The notes beneath the pieces are model-generated. The model saw nothing but the letters and a program-made list of their open reading frames with translations. It ran no database searches and was not told where the DNA came from. Below are positions 59,514 to 64,000 of a stretch of 64,000 nucleotides of DNA, piece by piece. This DNA is from a virus. Taxonomy: Duplodnaviria; Caudoviricetes. Both the position numbers and the translations under genes were made by a program. Position 1 is the stretch's first letter; each line of letters begins with the position of its first letter. The stretch lies in IMG/VR virus record IMGVR_UViG_3300020577_006545, positions 23,074-87,073 of that record; one strand, written 5' to 3'.

Positions 59514-60367
59514 TAGCGCAAATACTTGACATATATTTACCAAGAGCAGATTTTAAACTGTTTAAGATGAAAGATTACGAGTTGCATAATGGCAGAATTG
59601 ATAAACATTCATTGGATATTAAAAATTATCGTTTTAAAAGTAGAATATTGTACACAAAATACTTTGGCATTTCAATAGAATATGAAGGGTATTTCTGGAA
59701 AAGATTTAAATACAGAAAACACCACTATCCAAATGTATTTAATGAAAAATCTTGGACTTTTCAATTCTTAGGTTTTACAATAATATTTCAAACAATGCTC
59801 GAAAGAGAAGAAGAATTTTACACACACGACTTTGACTTTAATTAAAAGACTTGACTTTAACAAGTCAGTATAGTATCATATGTTATGACTATGTTTGGCA
59901 AGAAAAAAGAAGAAGAAAAAAAGCCATATAAAAGATATCTCGTTATTGCAACAGATGGGGATGTTGTAAGGTTTATGCAGTCTGTTTCAAATGAAATTGA
60001 AGGAAACGACCTTGCGAAAAAATGGAAAATGGAATTACCAAATACAAGAGTTTTATTATTGAAAGTTCTTAGTGAAGCAATGTTTCCAAAGGACATAAAT
60101 ATTACAATGGAAGACTTTGAAGGATTTTAAATAAAGGAGAAGAAAAATGATTTTTACTTGGCTTGGGTTAACTGGAGAGACACTACTAATGTCACAAATA
60201 TTTGCTACCATATTGAGTGCTTTTACATTGATTATGATGGTTGTATTTTACTTTATGTATTCAACTAATGTAAATGAAAACAGAAGGCTCGCAAGAAGTT
60301 ATATGAGAGTTTCAGCAATGTTCGGAATTGCTATGGGTGTTTTTGGGCTTTTTGGAACTGGATCAAT

Positions 60368-60730
60368 GTGGTATCTAGATATTTTCATTATCGCTATGAA
60401 TTCACTTACATATTATGTAAACAGGGATTGAAATATATGCTTCTGCCTGACAGCCATAATATCGTTACTATTAATACGGTAGACGGACAGAGGTACTGGT
60501 ATGAACACGATGAGTTTAAAGAGGCAATTATTGTTAGAGAAAAGCCGTGTGATAACAATACATCAGTATATTCTGTTTCTTTTGAAACAATGCAATTAGC
60601 GTTTAATAAAAAAGAAGATTATTTTTTGGATTCATATATAAATGGGATATGGGATAAAGAACATTTGAAATTATTTGTCAAATTTTTTAAACCTGAAATC
60701 TACCAAAAATACAAATTATTATTCACATGA
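60368..60730 (+). CDS. YEKYKLL-family protein
   Basis: Ends FVKFFKPEIYQKYKLLFT. Confidence 0.65.
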   Translation: MVSRYFHYRYEFTYILCKQGLKYMLLPDSHNIVTINTVDGQRYWYEHDEFKEAIIVREKPCDNNTSVYSVSFETMQLAFNKKEDYFLDSYINGIWDKEHLKLFVKFFKPEIYQKYKLLFT

Positions 60731-61038
60731 TTACTTTATATAATTTACCAAAAAATCATGTGTTTATTGATGGTCGTGAATACTGGTATGAAAAAGAAAC
60801 TCGTCATAAGCAAGGCGATGGTGTTGTAAGGATATACGAAGAAAAAAATGATAAAAGATTTCATCAAGTGTTTTACATAACAGAGATGGTTCTTGACATT
60901 TTATCTAATTTAGACGAAGATGATATTCTTTATTTTGCAATGAAAAAGAAAAAAACATTTCTTATCACTGATTTTAATTCTTATGTTAAATTTTTCCGTC
61001 CAGAGACTTATGAGAAATATAGATTGCTATTTGAATAA
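60727..61038 (+). CDS. YEKYKLL-family protein
   Basis: LDEDDILYF ... YVKFFRPETYEKYRLLFE. Confidence 0.65.
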   Translation: MITLYNLPKNHVFIDGREYWYEKETRHKQGDGVVRIYEEKNDKRFHQVFYITEMVLDILSNLDEDDILYFAMKKKKTFLITDFNSYVKFFRPETYEKYRLLFE

Positions 61039-61094
61039 ATTACTTGCATAAATTCTTAGTCTTTGTTATACTTTATTATAATTGAGAGATTGAT

Positions 61095-61355
61095 ATGTAT
61101 TTTACTGTTCAACCAACAAAGGAAGAGTCTATAACTATACATTTTGATTATGATGATATTGAACAGGCTATATTTGAATTATCAAACGAAGGAGATGATA
61201 TTTTAGTATATCAATCTTATATCGTTAATGGATTACAACAACAAAGATTAAAAGCGTCATATAGAAAAAGTGTTTTTGTAATAATGTTAAAACAATTTAA
61301 GCCTGAACTTTATGAGAAATATAAATTATTATTAACGGAGTATGAAATTGCATAA
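61095..61355 (+). CDS. YEKYKLL-family protein
   Basis: Ends LKQFKPELYEKYKLLLTE. Confidence 0.65.
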   Translation: MYFTVQPTKEESITIHFDYDDIEQAIFELSNEGDDILVYQSYIVNGLQQQRLKASYRKSVFVIMLKQFKPELYEKYKLLLTEYEIA

Positions 61356-62125
61356 TTTAAATAAAACAGTATTATCGTTATCAATCTATACGGCATTTCT
61401 TGCCTATGCATTAGGGAATGATTGGCTGTATGTCCCAGCAGGATGTATGTTTCTCGCTTCTGTTATAAGTGAGATTGGTGGAAGGCTTCTTGACAATAGA
61501 AGATTGCCAATTAAGACGCTTGCAGAAATAGAAGAAAGTAAAATTGAACCTGTTGTCAGGGAACAGAAAGAGGAAGAAGTAAAACAACCAGAAGTAAGAG
61601 TTCTTAAAATTCAAAAAGATGACAGTGAATTTATTGAACAGAAAAAAGCATTAATTAAAAAAGCGATAGATAATGGTTATAAACTTATTAAAGAAGAGTT
61701 TATACCGGAGGAATTAAACCAATGAGAAAATTAATAGTGTTCGCATTAGTGTTAACTGGATGTTTTCAATCTACTAAATATGACTGCACAAAAACAGATT
61801 TGGATAAGACATTAAAAGTCTATGAGATATGTATGAAGAAGGTTGAGGGTTTTGTTAATGAACTTAGTAACAAAGGGACACTGACTTACAGTCTAAGTCC
61901 TGCCTGTATGCAACAGGCTAAAGAACTTACTTGTATTCCAATGGAGAAATGAAAATGATTTTAGCAAAATTTGTTCTAATAATTGTGTGGTGGAGTGGCA
62001 ATTCAATAGTGGCACCATTTCATTCTGCTGATGCGTGTGAAGCGGCATTGAAAGAAATAGTTTATAGTACAAAGTCTGTTCGCGCTCCGCTTTCTGCTAA
62101 GTGTCATTGGACGGGACTATAATAT

Positions 62126-62497
62126 ATGAAAGAAATTAAAATTAAAAAAGAACACATCGCTCTACTTAATAGAGCCTATGTAAGATGGGAAGATGGCGAA
62201 TTTGGCGCACCTGCTATTGATTGTAAAAGACCATATGGGAATAGTAGTGTTGTAGAGGACATTATTGAAATTATAAAACCCAAGATACCTGCAAAAGTAA
62301 AAGAATTACTTGATGATGGTTCAATAGATTTAGAACAAGCCTTCACAAGTAAAGAAATTGAACAATTTGAAAAACTACATCAAGAAACTGAATTTGTTCT
62401 TCAAATCATTTTACGAAATGTTAATAAATCGCCAAAGAGTTTGATAGGTAAAACTTTTGTTATTAATGATAGTTATCAATGGGTAGAGAAAAAATAG
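62126..62497 (+). CDS. hypothetical phage protein
   Basis: EFGAPAIDCKRPYGNS motif, recalled from phage hypotheticals but not verified. Confidence 0.5.
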   Translation: MKEIKIKKEHIALLNRAYVRWEDGEFGAPAIDCKRPYGNSSVVEDIIEIIKPKIPAKVKELLDDGSIDLEQAFTSKEIEQFEKLHQETEFVLQIILRNVNKSPKSLIGKTFVINDSYQWVEKK

Positions 62498-62507
62498 GAG
62501 AAATGAT

Positions 62508-63008
62508 ATGGGCGCAGATATCCATTTTTACACAGAAATTAAAATAGAAAACGAGTGGCATCCGATTTATATGCCGATGCCAGAAGATGCTTTTAAAACA
62601 GAATTGAAAAGACACGAAGGATATTTTAATAATCTTACTAATACTTATTGGGAAGATTATTATTCAAAGAAGAACTACGCTAATTATTCTGGAAGAAATT
62701 ATTATCTCTTTACATTCCTTGCTGGAGTAAGAGGAAATGAAAACCCTCTTATTGAACCAAGAGGATTACCAGAAGACTGCTCAAAACTTATTAGAAGAGT
62801 TTGTGAGAAATGGGGGAGTGACGGACATTCCCATACTTATTACTATTTAAGTGAATTGATGGAATGTGATTGGAAAGATTGGTTTCAAGATGATGCCGAA
62901 GATAACAAATATGGTCATCCACTTGCTGGATTTTTTGAAGAATATCTTCCAAGACTTTATGGACTTGACCCTGACAGAACGAGATTTGTAATGTTTTGGG
63001 ATAATTGA
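62508..63008 (+). CDS. conserved-type hypothetical phage protein
   Basis: MGADIH...RNYYLF..LAGVR...PRGLPED...HSH pattern; GGAG SD. Confidence 0.6.
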   Translation: MGADIHFYTEIKIENEWHPIYMPMPEDAFKTELKRHEGYFNNLTNTYWEDYYSKKNYANYSGRNYYLFTFLAGVRGNENPLIEPRGLPEDCSKLIRRVCEKWGSDGHSHTYYYLSELMECDWKDWFQDDAEDNKYGHPLAGFFEEYLPRLYGLDPDRTRFVMFWDN

Positions 63009-63163
63009 TTGAGGTAATTTATGAGTAGAATAATTTGGACATTAATAGGAATTTCAATAGGAATACTTATTTACTTATACATTGGCGAAAAGGCGGTGAT
63101 GTGGTTTTGTGGTGGATACTTATTTGGAGCATTTAGACAACAATACTATAATAGTTTTGAAAA

Positions 63164-63505
63164 ATGAAAACAAAGATTTACAAAAATAGATTTTGTGATT
63201 TAAATACAAGACCAAATCCAGAACTTCTTAAAGATTGTTTCTTTCCAGAAGAGATAAAAGGATTGGTAAGTATTTATCAAATGTCTTATGTTGAAATAGT
63301 TGAAGAAACGGAATTATGGGCAAGTATTCAAAGTGAATTAGATTTCATTAATCTAATTAATTCTAAAATTTATGTGATTAGTAGGCACAGCGTTGGTTTT
63401 GAACATTCAGAGCGCCCATATTCTGGTGGTGTGATAATGAATATATATCTAAAACTTCATTATTCAAGATTGTACGATAAGTATAAATTGTTATTTGATA
63501 ATTAG
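63164..63505 (+). CDS. YEKYKLL-family protein
   Basis: SELDFINLI ... SRLYDKYKLLFDN. Confidence 0.65.
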   Translation: MKTKIYKNRFCDLNTRPNPELLKDCFFPEEIKGLVSIYQMSYVEIVEETELWASIQSELDFINLINSKIYVISRHSVGFEHSERPYSGGVIMNIYLKLHYSRLYDKYKLLFDN

Positions 63506-63737
63506 TCAAATCTATGCTACAATAAATAATGAGAATTATCTCCGTTCTTTCTATCCTTTCTCTTTTGGTTTGCACTGGCAACAGTATTGAAAAACCAAAA
63601 GAGAAACCTGTTTTAAAGCGGGATAATTCTTTCTTTTGTGAATGTAGAAATATATCATATTATTCAGAATTACCACCAGTATGTAGATGTAAATGCAGTG
63701 ATGGAAGTATTGACACTGAACATTTTTGTGAGGGAAG

Positions 63738-64000
63738 ATGAAAAAAATAAACGAATTATGTCTTAATAAACTTAAAGAATTAAAAATCACAGACAAGGCA
63801 TACACTGATGCTCTTGCAGAAGAGATGAAGTATGTTCTTATGTTTGATAGAGAAGATTTCATTCTTGATAAATTGAAGAAGATTGAAAGTGGTGAAATTG
63901 AAAAGAATAAAAGAAACAAGAACGGTCTTGTATTTGCATATTTATTAGGTATTACTGATGTTGACCCGATTAAAAATAACATTCCTCATATTTTTTCTCT
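63738..64000 (+). CDS. probable DNA polymerase III alpha (DnaE)-like protein, N-terminal part, truncated by the window edge
   Basis: Manual translation MKKINELC...EEMKYV...GLVFAYLLGITDVDPIK resembles the DnaE SLVAY.LGIT..DP motif. Confidence 0.6.
   Translation, partial: MKKINELCLNKLKELKITDKAYTDALAEEMKYVLMFDREDFILDKLKKIESGEIEKNKRNKNGLVFAYLLGITDVDPIKNNIPHIFS

Noticed and set aside
4590-63505. YEKYKLL motif as a DNA recombination site (integron-like attC) or DGR target
   Set aside because: Variation is largely synonymous, no palindromic DNA consensus was seen, and no integrase or reverse transcriptase is present in the window.
63551-63982. 143-aa minus-strand ORF
   Set aside because: Antisense to plus-strand ORFs, including the DnaE-like gene; no motif support.
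1-64000. Stop-codon reassignment
   Set aside because: Conserved enzymes are full length in the standard code and end in all three stop codons.

Overview
AT-rich, gene-dense 64 kb segment that reads as part of a large (probably jumbo) bacteriophage genome in the standard genetic code, almost entirely on the + strand. It has a T4-like replication/recombination set (primase, ATP-dependent ligase, DnaB/gp41-like helicase, gp32-like SSB, RecA/UvsX, UvsW-like helicase, PD-(D/E)xK nuclease, and the start of a DnaE-like polymerase at the right edge). It also has a ~28 kb glycan-building island (about 11 glycosyltransferases, 5 methyltransferase-like proteins, split transketolase, 2 epimerases, GDP-fucose synthase) and eight free-standing homing-type endonucleases. 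Main unexplained structure found by reading the sequence: (1) a Ro60/TROVE gene co-transcribed with a tandem array of four Y-RNA-like units sharing a covarying scaffold, two of which carry tRNA parts including 7-nt anticodon-like loops (CAU, AUU); (2) a family of 23 small, highly diverged proteins scattered in 10 clusters that share a C-terminal 'EFYEKYKLLF'-type motif; (3) three endonucleases each preceded by a small ribbon-helix-helix gene missed by the ORF track; (4) endonuclease insertions that replaced the ends of host genes with recoded copies; (5) many sigma70-type promoters that predict leaderless mRNAs. All family assignments come from motif recognition by eye; no searches were run.
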